A stretch of 64,000 nucleotides of DNA from Nitrospirota bacterium (GCA_963710375.1 CAVPZX010000004.1:256001-320000); one strand, 5' to 3'. Counted from the first letter of the stretch, positions 28,463-39,036 are shown. The notes: generated by a model from the sequence alone, not told the origin. Program-made: numbers and translations.

Positions 28463-28762
28463 ATGGAAGGTTTTGTCGCACTCTATATAATTATGCTGGC
28501 TGCGTTTACCGGCTATGAAGTGATTTCGAGGGTACCCGTAATACTTCACACGCCTCTTATGTCCGGCTCGAATTTCGTGCATGGCGTGGTGCTGGTGGGC
28601 GCGATGGTCGCACTGGGACAGGCACATACGCCATTTGAGCAGGCAATAGGCTTTTTTGCGGTCCTGCTCGGGGCGGCAAATGCGGTAGGGGGTTACGTGG
28701 TCACGGAACGTATGCTCGCAATGTTTAAAAGTGAAAAGAACAAGGCTTCTGCAAAAAAGTGA
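28463..28762 (+). CDS. pntAB: NAD(P) transhydrogenase subunit alpha part 2
   Basis: LHTPLMSGSNFVHG, GGYVVTERML. Confidence 0.93.
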   Translation: MEGFVALYIIMLAAFTGYEVISRVPVILHTPLMSGSNFVHGVVLVGAMVALGQAHTPFEQAIGFFAVLLGAANAVGGYVVTERMLAMFKSEKNKASAKK

Positions 28763-28805
28763 AAATGATTAATACGCATTTTGCAAGTTCCGCGAAAGTT
28801 GCCCT

Positions 28806-30179
28806 ATGACCAGGGAAATCGTAATCAATTCGAGCTACTTTGTCGTAGCACTCTTGTTTATACTGGGGCTCAAGGGCATGTCGTCTCCCGTGACCGCCCG
28901 GCGGGGAATAATTTGGGCCGGCGCCGGAATGGTGCTCGCGACCTTGGTTACCTTTGCATGGCCCGCCATGAGCAATTATGCCCTGATGATAATTGCTCTG
29001 GTCCTTGGCGGCAGCATTTCATGGTGGTCGGGCAGGGTGGTCAAAATGACAGATATGCCTCAGATGGTTGCGCTCTTTAACGGCATGGGTGGAGGCTCAG
29101 CAGCAGCAATCGCGGCAATAGAACTCGCCCGGGGCGAAACACACAGCACGGGAGTTATGGTTCTTGCTACTCTGGGAGCCATGATCGGTTCGGCAGCCTT
29201 CTCCGGCAGCTGCATTGCTTTTGCCAAGCTGCAGGGCATCTTAAGGAAAACGGTGCGCCTGCCCGGACAAAATGCAGTGAATGTCACTCTTGCGGTGCTT
29301 ACGATTATTGCGGCTATCCATGTAATTGTTTCCGGTACTGCCGCAGGCATAGCTGTTTTTTTCAGTCTCGCTCTGTTGCTGGGCGTGATAATCACTATTC
29401 CCATCGGTGGGGCTGACATGCCCGTTGTGATTTCTCTCTTAAATGCCTTGACGGGTCTCGCAGTAGGCTTTGAAGGTCACGTGCTGAACAACCCGGCTAT
29501 GATGATTGCCGGCATTGTGGTTGGCGCCGCAGGCTCGCTCCTTACACACCTCATGGCCAAGGCTATGAACCGGTCGATCTTCAATGTGTTTTTTAAGCCA
29601 ATTACAGGCGGGGTACAAGTGGGGGGCGCAGGGATAACCGGGACAATGAAAGAACTCTCCGCATTGGATGCAGCGGCCATGCTGCGCTATGCACGGAAAG
29701 TGATAATCGTCCCCGGTTACGGCATGGCTGTGGGACAGGCTCAGCACAAGATCAAGGAAATGACCGACCTGCTGGAAGAGGCGGGAGTCGAAGTAAAATT
29801 CGCTATCCATCCAGTCGCGGGGCGCATGCCCGGGCACATGAATGTGCTTCTGGCTGAAGCAAACGTCCCTTATGAAAAGATCTTTGACCTGGAGGAGATC
29901 AATGAGGAGTTTTCACAAACTGATGTGGCTGTCGTAATCGGGGCCAATGATGTTGTGAATCCTGCGGCGCGTACAGAAAGTTCCAGTCCGATTTACGGCA
30001 TGCCGATCCTGAACGCCGACCATGCGCGGAATGTAATAGTGATCAAGCGCGGCAAGGGCGCAGGCTATTCCGGGATCGAGAACCCGCTCTTCTATGGCGA
30101 AAATACGCGCATGCTCTACGGCAACGCTCAGGCGGTAGTAAGCGAGCTCATAAAAGATTTAAAGGAACTAATATCCTGA
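28806..30179 (+). CDS. pntB: NAD(P) transhydrogenase subunit beta
   Basis: MPQMVALFNG, GGADMPVVISLLN, HPVAGRMPGHMNVLLAEA. Confidence 0.95.
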   Translation: MTREIVINSSYFVVALLFILGLKGMSSPVTARRGIIWAGAGMVLATLVTFAWPAMSNYALMIIALVLGGSISWWSGRVVKMTDMPQMVALFNGMGGGSAAAIAAIELARGETHSTGVMVLATLGAMIGSAAFSGSCIAFAKLQGILRKTVRLPGQNAVNVTLAVLTIIAAIHVIVSGTAAGIAVFFSLALLLGVIITIPIGGADMPVVISLLNALTGLAVGFEGHVLNNPAMMIAGIVVGAAGSLLTHLMAKAMNRSIFNVFFKPITGGVQVGGAGITGTMKELSALDAAAMLRYARKVIIVPGYGMAVGQAQHKIKEMTDLLEEAGVEVKFAIHPVAGRMPGHMNVLLAEANVPYEKIFDLEEINEEFSQTDVAVVIGANDVVNPAARTESSSPIYGMPILNADHARNVIVIKRGKGAGYSGIENPLFYGENTRMLYGNAQAVVSELIKDLKELIS

Positions 30180-30184
30180 CAGTA

Positions 30185-30240
30185 TTGACAACCTCCACAC
30201 CGCTGCTATAAAGTAACAGATGTAAGTAAGCGCTTACATC
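30185..30240 (+). promoter_or_regulatory. sigma70 promoter and palindromic TetR operator
   Basis: TTGACA(30185)-N16-TATAAA; gatgtaag-N6-cttacatc at 30219-30240. Confidence 0.7.
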
Positions 30241-30307
30241 AGAATTTGCAGCAACCACTGCTGACCCGGACGTCATAGACTCTTTGGGTGTAAAGGAAGA
30301 TCAGAGT

Positions 30308-30907
30308 ATGCACCAGGCGGAAGAACTGCACCCGACTAGGGACAAAATACTTGAAACTGCTTTAAGACTCTTTTCCAACGAAGGCTATCTCGGCGCGACT
30401 ACACGAAGGATTGCCGGAGAGGCCGGCGTTGCCGAGGTTACGCTTTTCAGATATTTCCCTTCGAAAGAAAAACTTTTTGAGGAAACTTTAAAAACATATT
30501 CATTTCTGCCCGAACTGCGGGGGCTTTTGCCTGAAATCATGGGAATGCCGTATGAGAGCGCTTTGGCAGTGATCGCAAAGAGATTCTTTGAAGCTCTTAT
30601 GCGCCGTAAGGATATCATCAAGATTGTTCATGCGGAGTTGCATCGTTATCCTGAAAAAATACACAAGATCCAACATTCATTCAGCGATGAAGTACACAAA
30701 GTACTCGCGTTGTATTTTTCGGAGATGCAGAAAAAAGGTGTGCTGAGGGAATTCGATGCCGAGTATGCTGCCAGGGCTTTTTTCGGCATGTTCTACTCCT
30801 ATTTTCATGCAGAGGAGTTCCTGATGCGCAAGAGATACAGGTCATTCGGACTCGATGCTACGATCTCCGCGTATGTAGATATCTTTGCAAGGGGGACGGT
30901 GAAATGA
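30308..30907 (+). CDS. TetR/AcrR family regulator
   Basis: TRDKILETALRLF..GY..TTRRIA..AGVAEVTLFRYFPSKE. Confidence 0.93.
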   Translation: MHQAEELHPTRDKILETALRLFSNEGYLGATTRRIAGEAGVAEVTLFRYFPSKEKLFEETLKTYSFLPELRGLLPEIMGMPYESALAVIAKRFFEALMRRKDIIKIVHAELHRYPEKIHKIQHSFSDEVHKVLALYFSEMQKKGVLREFDAEYAARAFFGMFYSYFHAEEFLMRKRYRSFGLDATISAYVDIFARGTVK

Positions 30908-32262
30908 GTCAGGGCCCGCGAGGAAGCATAGCATACGGCACATTTTTGTTGATTTTTTACCTCTGCGGAATTCTGCTGCCGGTCCTTTGCCATGCAGAAG
31001 CCCCTGGCGGACCAGAAGGCCATCAGGCAGTAATGACACTGAGTCAGGGTCTCAAACTCGCTGCGGAAAACAGCCGGCTTGTAAAGATAGCCTTGCGCGG
31101 CAGGGATGTTTCATCGGCAGATGTTTCTATTGCGTTTTCGCGGTATCTGCCCAGCATCAATGCCACAATGGGCCAGACATTCCTTGCACACCAGGTCATC
31201 GGCATCTTGGACGGCCTGACAGCGCCTGAGGCGGATAGGAATTACCGGTCTTATGGTGTTGGCGTGCATGAGGATTTGTATGATTTTGGTGCGCGGTCAT
31301 CACGATACAAGGCTGCCTCTACTGCTCTTGATATGGCGAAGCTGAACATAGACAAAGTAAAGAACATCGTGGCCCTTGATTTTATTATTGCCTACTTTGA
31401 TCTCCTTGAGACTGAAAAGATGGAACTGGTCGGGGAGCGGGAGGTTGAGCGGCTGGTATCGCACCTGTCAATGGCACAGAACCTTTACAAGGAAGGAGTC
31501 ATTACGAGGAACGATCTCCTGCAGGCAGAGGTCCGGCTTTCAGATGCTCAGCAGCGCCTTCTGACTACAACAAACATGAGGGAGGTCAATGCCTCCAGGA
31601 TCAATAATATTTTGTCTTTGCCTCTGAAGAATCCTGTAAAGGTAGCGGATGTGGCCGGTGAACCCCGATACGAGGCCGACATTGATAAGGCATGGAGCAT
31701 TGCTGAAAAACAACGCATTGAGCTGAAAACCATTGATAGCGAACTAAAGATCAACAATCTGGAAAGGACCGCCAGGTGGTCTGAATACTTTCCTAAATTT
31801 TTTGCCGAGGGCGGATACAACTACACTGAAAACCACTATTTGGTGCATGACGACAATTGGACGTTCATGCTGGGTCTGAATTTCAATATTTTTGATGGAG
31901 GAAGCACAAAGGCCGAGGTTGCGAAAATAGATTACCAAAGGGAGCAGCTTTTAGAGCAGCGCCAGAAGCTTGTCGACGATATAAAACTTGATGTTGAAAA
32001 AAGCTGGCTTGACATGCAAAACGCCGCTGAGCGTATTAAGGTGAACAGGGATGCTGTTAAGCAGGGCGAAGAGAACCTTAAAATCAACAAGCAGCGTTAC
32101 CGTGAAGGGGTCGGCACGGCGACGGACGTGCTTGATGCCATAACGCTGCTCACAATTGCCGAAACCAATGCCTGCCGTGCGGAATATGAACTCAGGCGGG
32201 CTCAGGGGGCCTTTATGTATGCGACAGGCATGGACCTGGTTTCCGAATACAGAAGGGATTAA
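30904..32262 (+). CDS. TolC-family outer membrane protein
   Basis: Two OEP repeats (YKEGVITRNDLLQAE; YREGVGTATDVLDA). Confidence 0.88.
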   Translation: MSQGPRGSIAYGTFLLIFYLCGILLPVLCHAEAPGGPEGHQAVMTLSQGLKLAAENSRLVKIALRGRDVSSADVSIAFSRYLPSINATMGQTFLAHQVIGILDGLTAPEADRNYRSYGVGVHEDLYDFGARSSRYKAASTALDMAKLNIDKVKNIVALDFIIAYFDLLETEKMELVGEREVERLVSHLSMAQNLYKEGVITRNDLLQAEVRLSDAQQRLLTTTNMREVNASRINNILSLPLKNPVKVADVAGEPRYEADIDKAWSIAEKQRIELKTIDSELKINNLERTARWSEYFPKFFAEGGYNYTENHYLVHDDNWTFMLGLNFNIFDGGSTKAEVAKIDYQREQLLEQRQKLVDDIKLDVEKSWLDMQNAAERIKVNRDAVKQGEENLKINKQRYREGVGTATDVLDAITLLTIAETNACRAEYELRRAQGAFMYATGMDLVSEYRRD

Positions 32263-32264
32263 AA

Positions 32265-33584
32265 ATGAATAAAGTTGTCATGAGCATTGTTATCGGAGCA
32301 GTCCTGGCAACAGTTCCGTTTCCAGATAAATCCCTTGGTGCTCAGCGTGAAGAAATAATCAAAGCAGGTGAGCAACTCACTCTCGACCGCTGTATCCAGA
32401 TCGCACTTCTCAACCAGCCTTCTATTGTTGCCGCTTATTATACAGTTGAGGCGAACCGGAGCAGAGTAGGCGAAGCGCAGGCAAATTATTACCCGCAGTT
32501 GGGGGCATCGAGCGCCATCAGCAGGTACTCGTCTCCGGGCGTCTTAACACAGGTCAATAACACATTCTTTGGCACCGGGAACTTCAACCAGATCACGAGT
32601 GGTTTTACTCTCTCTCAGAATATATATGATTTTGGAAAGACCTCTTCACAGGTAAAAATTCAAAAGATTAATCTTGATTCGGCCGGGGCCGACCTGGAGA
32701 CGAGTAAAGATCAGATAGTTTTAAACGTGAAGCAGGCTTACTACGCGGTGATCCAGGCTGCCAGAAACAGGGCGGTTGCAGATGAATCAGTGGGACAGTA
32801 CAGGCAGCATCTTGATCAGGCAAAGGGTTTTTTTGATGTCGGCACCAAGCCTAGATATGACGTAATAACAGCCGAAGTGAATTTGAGCAATGCGAAACTG
32901 AACCTCATCACTGCGGACAATGCACTCAAGATAGCCCGGGTGAACCTGAACAATGCCATGGGAGTTCCCGATGCTCCGGTATATACCGTTGAGGATTCGC
33001 TTGCATTCATTAAATACAAGATAACGCTCGATGACGCGCTTTCCAAGGCTATGGCTAACAGACCAGACATCAAATCACTCGCCTTGCGGAGGAGAGCAGT
33101 TGAAGAAAGCGTCCAACTGGCAAAAACAGGATATTATCCTGCATTGACCGGCAGTACATCCTATAACTGGCAGGGAGGAACAGGGCTTCGCCTCGAGAGC
33201 GAGTGGAACGTGGGTGTCACCCTCTCGTTTCCCATTTTCAGCGGTTTTCTGACAAAACACCAGGAGGAGGAGGCGGTGTCGAACTTAAATGTAGCCCGGG
33301 CCAACGAGGAGGCGCTCAGACAGAGCGTTGTTCTCGACGTGCAGCAGTCATACCTGAACCTGAAGCAGGCGGAAGACAGTATTGCTACTGCCGATCTTGC
33401 TGTCAAGCAGGCCACTGAGAACCTTGACATTGCCAACGGCCGTTATGCAGCCGGAGTAGGAAATCCTATCGAAGTGACGGATGCCCAGGTAACATACAGC
33501 AATGCAAAATTGGCATATATCCAGGCGTTGACCAATTATAATGACGCACATGCAAGCCTGTTGAAAGCGATGGGGGAGAGATGA
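32265..33584 (+). CDS. Second TolC-family outer membrane protein
   Basis: OEP repeats (FDVGTKPRYDV; YAAGVGNPIEVTDA). Confidence 0.88.
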   Translation: MNKVVMSIVIGAVLATVPFPDKSLGAQREEIIKAGEQLTLDRCIQIALLNQPSIVAAYYTVEANRSRVGEAQANYYPQLGASSAISRYSSPGVLTQVNNTFFGTGNFNQITSGFTLSQNIYDFGKTSSQVKIQKINLDSAGADLETSKDQIVLNVKQAYYAVIQAARNRAVADESVGQYRQHLDQAKGFFDVGTKPRYDVITAEVNLSNAKLNLITADNALKIARVNLNNAMGVPDAPVYTVEDSLAFIKYKITLDDALSKAMANRPDIKSLALRRRAVEESVQLAKTGYYPALTGSTSYNWQGGTGLRLESEWNVGVTLSFPIFSGFLTKHQEEEAVSNLNVARANEEALRQSVVLDVQQSYLNLKQAEDSIATADLAVKQATENLDIANGRYAAGVGNPIEVTDAQVTYSNAKLAYIQALTNYNDAHASLLKAMGER

Positions 33585-34687
33585 GTATGGAAGAGAATGA
33601 GGCTGTAAATAATAAGCAGGTCAGTAAGAAGAAGATCGCATTGGCTGTCTTTGCTGTTCTCGGTGTGCTTGGCGCTATAGTGCTTTATTTTTATCTAAGC
33701 TATAAAGCGACCCATATAACCACCGACGATGCCTTTATAGATGGCCACATTCATACTATTGCGGCAAAGATATCCGGAACGGTAAAGGACGTATTTGTCG
33801 ATGATAACCAGCGGGTCAAAAAGGGAGACCAGCTTGTTGAAATAGATCCTGTGGACTATGCGGTGAGGGTAAATGAAACATCGTCGAGCCTTGGTGCGGA
33901 GAGGGCAAAGATTGCTGAAATAGCGGCGAGAGTTGAGGCGGCAAAACAGCAGCTGGCCGAACTCAGGGCTGGTGTCGATGCTGCGCGTGCGAACCTGGAA
34001 CTGCAGGAAGCTGACCTCGGGCAGGCTGAACGGGACGCAAAACGGGCAGCAGCCCTCTTTGCCACAGATACGTTTTCAAGGGAACAGTACGAGAAGGCAA
34101 CGACTGCATATGACGTGTCGGTGGCACGGGTTAAGGCGTCGCGCGAGCAGTTTCGCCAGGCGCAACTGGCGGTTGAGACACAAAAGGCTGTGGTTCGGCA
34201 GATTGAATCAAGCGGCGTGTCGCAACAATCTACTGTCAAGCAAAAAGCCGCACAACTTGATACGGCTGAGCTCAATTACGGATACACGAAAATTTATGCT
34301 CCGGCAGACGGCTACGTTACCAAAAAGTCAGTGGAGCGAGGCAACCAGGTCGAGGCCGGCCAGCCGCTGATGGCGGTCACCGAGCTTAGCGATATATGGG
34401 TGGTTGCAAACTATAAGGAAACAGAACTTAAGAAGATAAGGCCTTCGCAGAAAGTGAACATAAAGGTAGACACCTATCCTGGCAAAGTGTTCATGGGAAA
34501 GGTGGATAGCATAATGGCGGGGACCGGGGTTGTGTTCTCACTTTTCCCTCCCGAGAATGCCACCGGCCAGTATGTGAAAGTGGTGCAGAGAGTGCCGGTC
34601 AAGATAGTCCTTGACAAGGATACCGATGCCGGGCATGTCCTGCGCATCGGGATGTCGGTTGTACCTACGGTAATAGTCGGGAAATGA
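33581..34687 (+). CDS. EmrA/HlyD-family membrane fusion protein
   Basis: TTDDAFI, ANYKET, FSLFPPENATG..VKVVQRVPV. Confidence 0.92.
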   Translation: MSMEENEAVNNKQVSKKKIALAVFAVLGVLGAIVLYFYLSYKATHITTDDAFIDGHIHTIAAKISGTVKDVFVDDNQRVKKGDQLVEIDPVDYAVRVNETSSSLGAERAKIAEIAARVEAAKQQLAELRAGVDAARANLELQEADLGQAERDAKRAAALFATDTFSREQYEKATTAYDVSVARVKASREQFRQAQLAVETQKAVVRQIESSGVSQQSTVKQKAAQLDTAELNYGYTKIYAPADGYVTKKSVERGNQVEAGQPLMAVTELSDIWVVANYKETELKKIRPSQKVNIKVDTYPGKVFMGKVDSIMAGTGVVFSLFPPENATGQYVKVVQRVPVKIVLDKDTDAGHVLRIGMSVVPTVIVGK

Positions 34688-36219
34688 ACAAATGGACCAA
34701 ATGGATCATAGCCGTAACCGTTATGCTCCCGACTCTCATAGAGATCGTGGATACCTCGGTCGTCAATGTGTCTCTCGCCCATATAAGGGGGAGTCTGTCC
34801 GCGGGCCTCGATGAGTCAACCTGGACAATTACTTCCTACCTGGTATCCAACGCTATCATCATTCCCATCACCGGCTGGTTGAGCAAGGTCTTTGGCAGGA
34901 AGCGGTATCTTATCTTTTCTATTGTTCTCTTTACTATAAGTTCATTTTTCTGCGGTACAGCATGGAGTCTCGCGAGCCTTGTTGTTTTTAGAATTTTTCA
35001 GGGCATCGGAGGAGGGGCGTTGCAGCCCATCTCCCAATCTATCCTTCTCGAGTCTTTTCCGCCAAGGGAGCATGGAATGGCAATGGCGGTATTCGGGGTC
35101 GGCATCATGTTCGGCCCGATTGTCGGGCCGCTTCTAGGCGGATGGATCACCGACAACTGGTCCTGGCGATGGATCTTTTATATCAATATCCCGATCGGCA
35201 TGATATCGGTGCTTATGGCCATGTTGTTTATTACAGATCCGCCCTACATGAAGCGGGTGGCAATGAGGATAGATTACTGGGGGCTCATGCTTCTCGCTAC
35301 AGGGCTCGGCTGCCTTCAGATGGTCCTCGACAAAGGGCAGCGGGAGAACTGGTTCGCATCAAGCTTTATTTTCTGGCTGAGTGTCATTTCAGCAGTTGCC
35401 CTTTTATTGTTCATTATCGTGGAGTTTTTTGCAGAGCACCCGGTTGTTGATCTCAGGGCATTAAAGAATATCCCTTTCAGCACCGGAAACGTAGTTATGT
35501 TTTTTACTTTCTTCAGTCTTTTTGGAAGTATTATCCTCCTGCCTGTTTATTTGCAGACACTAATGGGATATACTTCAACGCTTGCCGGAATGGTGCTGGG
35601 ACCCGGTGGTCTTGCGACGTTGATAGCCATGCCTTTGGCAGGGAGGTTGGTGACTCGGGTAAACCCAAAAGGACTTTTAGCTCTCGGCCTGGCCATCTGC
35701 GCCTACGCTACATTTCTTATGTCCCAATTTGACCTGTATGCTGATTTCAATACACTCATCTGGCCGAGGATAGTCCTCGGCGTCGGCATGGGGTTGCTAT
35801 TCATACCGCTTACCACACTTACACTCTCAACAGTCAAAAAGGAAGCTATGGGAAATGCGACCGGTATATACAACCTTTTAAGAAACCTCGGGGGAAGTTT
35901 TGGAGTAGCTTTTGTAACAACCATGCTTGAGCGGCGTGAACAATTCCATCAGTCAAGGCTTGTTGAATACCTTACACCATTTGACAGGAACTACCGGTTT
36001 GCGCTGGAGCATTCCTCCCGCATATTGCATTATAAGGGGCTGGAACCTTTATCTAAGCAGGCCGGGCAGTCTTTGATTTACGGGGAGTTGCTCAGGCAGG
36101 CCTCTATGCTGTCATTCAATGATGTTTTCCGCGCAGTCAGTACGATTGTGATTTGTGTGCTTCCGCTGGTGCTGCTCATGAGGCGTGGTAAAACCGACGC
36201 ACCCGCAGGTATGCATTAG
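34684..36219 (+). CDS. EmrB/QacA (DHA2) MFS efflux permease
   Basis: DTSVVNVSL, WTITSYL, WRWIFYINIPIG, RNLGGSFG. Confidence 0.93.
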   Translation: MNKWTKWIIAVTVMLPTLIEIVDTSVVNVSLAHIRGSLSAGLDESTWTITSYLVSNAIIIPITGWLSKVFGRKRYLIFSIVLFTISSFFCGTAWSLASLVVFRIFQGIGGGALQPISQSILLESFPPREHGMAMAVFGVGIMFGPIVGPLLGGWITDNWSWRWIFYINIPIGMISVLMAMLFITDPPYMKRVAMRIDYWGLMLLATGLGCLQMVLDKGQRENWFASSFIFWLSVISAVALLLFIIVEFFAEHPVVDLRALKNIPFSTGNVVMFFTFFSLFGSIILLPVYLQTLMGYTSTLAGMVLGPGGLATLIAMPLAGRLVTRVNPKGLLALGLAICAYATFLMSQFDLYADFNTLIWPRIVLGVGMGLLFIPLTTLTLSTVKKEAMGNATGIYNLLRNLGGSFGVAFVTTMLERREQFHQSRLVEYLTPFDRNYRFALEHSSRILHYKGLEPLSKQAGQSLIYGELLRQASMLSFNDVFRAVSTIVICVLPLVLLMRRGKTDAPAGMH

Positions 36220-36569
36220 GAGTCTTTATCTTTAAGGTTTTGCAGAAGTTCCATCGCTGATTTGCAGTAGCACACACCTGAGGGGAGTTTGCAGTTCCCT
36301 TCCTTTTTTTGCCTGACCGGCTCAGCAGGATGTTCGATAAGCGCCAGCTTGTCGCACACATCTTCGAAAAGAAATAAAAACTCCTCAGGAAATTTTCTTT
36401 TTTCCGATGCATGGGCACTTTCAAATTCTATGAAGCCATCGATGATGGCTTGAGCGGTCCTTGAAAAAGCTACGCAGTTGCCGCAAAGAGGATCGTTTCC
36501 CTGGTTTACAATTGTTCCTACAGCAAAATGAAATCCCCTAAGTCGATTGATGGTGCGCTCATGGTTCAT
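36216..36569 (-). CDS. 117-aa Cys-rich hypothetical protein
   Basis: AAGGAG SD before ATG at 36569; CGNC and CKLPSGVCYC. Confidence 0.65.
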   Translation of the reverse strand: MNHERTINRLRGFHFAVGTIVNQGNDPLCGNCVAFSRTAQAIIDGFIEFESAHASEKRKFPEEFLFLFEDVCDKLALIEHPAEPVRQKKEGNCKLPSGVCYCKSAMELLQNLKDKDS

Positions 36570-36782
36570 TGCCGGCTCCTTTCCTGTGTTTTTGCGAAAT
36601 GTTTCGACAGACAGCAGTACGCAGCAAGTAGTCAGCAGCCAACTGCTTAAAACACGACTTAATTCGTGGTCTTTCCTCTTTACTAAATGCTGCCTCTTCC
36701 CGCTTTTATTATACAAAATAATTCCAGATAAAATCATATAGGCGAATTGCCTTATCAAGAATCTGGAGGAAAATTAAAGGAA

Positions 36783-36820
36783 TTCATCATAACTTAACAC
36801 TACTGCAATACTGCTGAAAT
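36783..36820 (+). promoter_or_regulatory. Pho-box-like 11-bp-period direct repeats
   Basis: TTCAT/TTAAC/GCAAT/GAAAT at 36783, 36794, 36805, 36816. Confidence 0.5.
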
Positions 36821-36900
36821 GAGGTTGTGAGATCATATTAGCAGATGTCTGGTTATTCAAATCACTTAATCCGGCAAATCCCAAATGCAAGGAGGGCAAA

Positions 36901-37089
36901 ATGGATCTCGAACAATTCATCGAAACGTTGTCAGAGGAGGAAAAGCAGCGACATAAGGACCTGATCGAAGAATGCAGGTTGAGGACAGAGGAAACCAGAA
37001 AAAGTTGCAGCAGCTTTTATGAACGCTTTACAAATATGTCAATTATTTATTCGCGAGCACTCAGTCTGATAGAAACAAGATGGATTTAA
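36901..37089 (+). CDS. 62-aa hypothetical protein
   Basis: AAGGAGG SD; MDLEQFIETLSEEEKQRHKDLIEEC. Confidence 0.55.
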   Translation: MDLEQFIETLSEEEKQRHKDLIEECRLRTEETRKSCSSFYERFTNMSIIYSRALSLIETRWI

Positions 37090-37103
37090 TAATTAAAAAT
37101 TCT

Positions 37104-37180
37104 TTTAACAAACATGTAATGCGCCTGTAACTTTATTGAAATATCATTTGTGCAATCATGTGTATAGATGTTTAGACAAC
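37104..37180 (+). promoter_or_regulatory. Pho-box-like repeats plus probable PhnF (HutC/GntR) operator
   Basis: TTAAC/GTAAT/GTAAC/GAAAT at 37105, 37116, 37127, 37138; gtatagat-gtttagac resembles GTCTAGAC-type HutC sites. Confidence 0.6.
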
Positions 37181-37195
37181 ACCTGGGAGACACTC

Positions 37196-37930
37196 TTGAT
37201 TGACAGATATAACGGTGTTTCATGTTACCGGCAACTTTCAAGCATCCTGATTGAGCAGATAAGCAATGGCACTTTCCAGCAGGGCAACCGGCTCCCTACA
37301 GAAAACGAGCTTAGCAAAAGGTATGGACTGAACAGACACACTGTAAGACGGGCGGTGGAACGGCTGGAGTATGAAGGACTCATATATAAGATAAGGGGTA
37401 AGGGCGTATTCGTTGCAAATAATAAGATTCCCTATAAGGTCTCGAAAAAGACACAGTTTACAACCCTAATGCTCTCTGCGGGTCTGACCCCTGATTCAGA
37501 ACTGCTGGATTCATATGAAATTACCGCGGGAAATGAAATATCTGGCAAGCTCAATATATCCCCCTCCGATAAGGTCATAGCGCTGGACATACTGAGGTAC
37601 GCTGACGAAGTGCCTTTTTGTCATTCCATAACTTATCTGAGGTCTGATATCTTTCCGGGTCTGCTCGGCTTGCTGAACGGCCTTTACTCCATTTATGACG
37701 TGCTGAAAAAACACTATGACATTGACATGCAAAGGGTGTCTTCCACGTTCGAAGTCACGATGCCGGGAGATCCGGAAATGGACCTGCTGCAGATATCCGC
37801 AAAAATACCTGTACTTATGGTCAGCAGTATATCGAGAAGCCAGCACGGAGACCTGGTTGAATATTGTAAAACGTGTTTCAGGGGAGACCTCAGCAGAATT
37901 ACAGTGGATTTCGATGGTGAAGGAAGGTGA
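37196..37930 (+). CDS. phnF: GntR/UTRA phosphonate regulator
   Basis: LPTENELSKRYGLNRHTVRRA, GKGVFV, UTRA domain; heads the phn operon; TTG start with GGGAG SD. Confidence 0.88.
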   Translation: MIDRYNGVSCYRQLSSILIEQISNGTFQQGNRLPTENELSKRYGLNRHTVRRAVERLEYEGLIYKIRGKGVFVANNKIPYKVSKKTQFTTLMLSAGLTPDSELLDSYEITAGNEISGKLNISPSDKVIALDILRYADEVPFCHSITYLRSDIFPGLLGLLNGLYSIYDVLKKHYDIDMQRVSSTFEVTMPGDPEMDLLQISAKIPVLMVSSISRSQHGDLVEYCKTCFRGDLSRITVDFDGEGR

Positions 37931-38034
37931 TAGTTTGATGAAATGATCGGCAGGGCTGACCGTGCGGGACGGACACCATATCGGTTCGATAACACTGGAT
38001 ATTATTTAAATATTTAATGTAAATGGAGGAAACG

Positions 38035-38949
38035 ATGAAAAAGTATTTTCTGGCTTTAGGGCTTGCTGCGGCCCTGATGATAACTCTGACCGGGACGCTT
38101 AGAGCTGAACAAAAAAGTCTGGTGATGGGTCTCATTCCGGCTGAGGACCCCGCGGCCATGATCGAGCAAATCAAACCTATGAAGGCATGGATGGAGAAAG
38201 AACTGGGACAGCACATCGAGCTTTTCACCGCCACTGATTACTCCGGCGTGATCGAGGCCATGCGGGTCAAGAAAGTGGATTTTGCCTGGTTCGGTCCCTT
38301 CTCTTACGTGATGGCCCATGACCGGGCAGGAGCCGACGCCTTTGCCGTGGGCGTCGATCCCAAGGGCAAAAGCACTTATTGCTCGTACCTGGTTGCAACA
38401 CCGGAAACGGCCCGGAAGCTGGGCATCACCACTCCATTGGTAGGGGAAGAGGGCATGAAAGTCATCTATCAAAAACTTAACCAACACAAAAATGAACTCA
38501 CTTTCACTTTCACCGACCCGGCCTCCACCTCTGGCTATGCAGTACCCAGGTACTTCATGTGGAAAGTCGGTATGGATCCGGAAAAAGTGTTCCAAAAGGT
38601 GGGCTTCAGCGGCACTCATGACGCGGCCGAGCTGATGGTGAAAAACAAGACGGTCGATATGGCATCCGATAACGATATGACGAATCCTGCAATGGTCGCA
38701 AAGGGGCGAATCTCGCCCCAGACCAATATTATTATATGGAAATCTATTCCTCTTCCGGGTTCTCCAGTGGCTTACCGGCATGACTTGCCCGAGAACATCA
38801 AGGCCGAACTGAAAAAGGCGATTACCACAATCCCCAAAGAAGCCAACAAGGTCACTGCTTTTGGGAACATAACCGGTTGGGAAATAGTTACCGACGCCGA
38901 CTATTCGCTTATTAAACAAGTCAAGAAAGTGATAGACGGCCTGAGATAG
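38035..38949 (+). CDS. phnD: Phosphonate ABC transporter substrate-binding protein
   Basis: ATDYSGVIEAM, FGPFSYV, DPASTSGY, SGTHDA. Confidence 0.9.
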   Translation: MKKYFLALGLAAALMITLTGTLRAEQKSLVMGLIPAEDPAAMIEQIKPMKAWMEKELGQHIELFTATDYSGVIEAMRVKKVDFAWFGPFSYVMAHDRAGADAFAVGVDPKGKSTYCSYLVATPETARKLGITTPLVGEEGMKVIYQKLNQHKNELTFTFTDPASTSGYAVPRYFMWKVGMDPEKVFQKVGFSGTHDAAELMVKNKTVDMASDNDMTNPAMVAKGRISPQTNIIIWKSIPLPGSPVAYRHDLPENIKAELKKAITTIPKEANKVTAFGNITGWEIVTDADYSLIKQVKKVIDGLR

Positions 38950-39036
38950 GGGTTCGTTCCTGCGGCGCTGAGGGCAGGGTTCGGGGTATTTGACCTGGGC
39001 TGCTGTCTCAGCGTACACCGCAGGGCCTTGGAGGAC

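Noticed and set aside
38958..39026. Hairpin between phnD and phnC as an ncRNA
   Set aside because: A stem-loop after a binding-protein gene is a common mRNA stabiliser; nothing else supports an RNA gene
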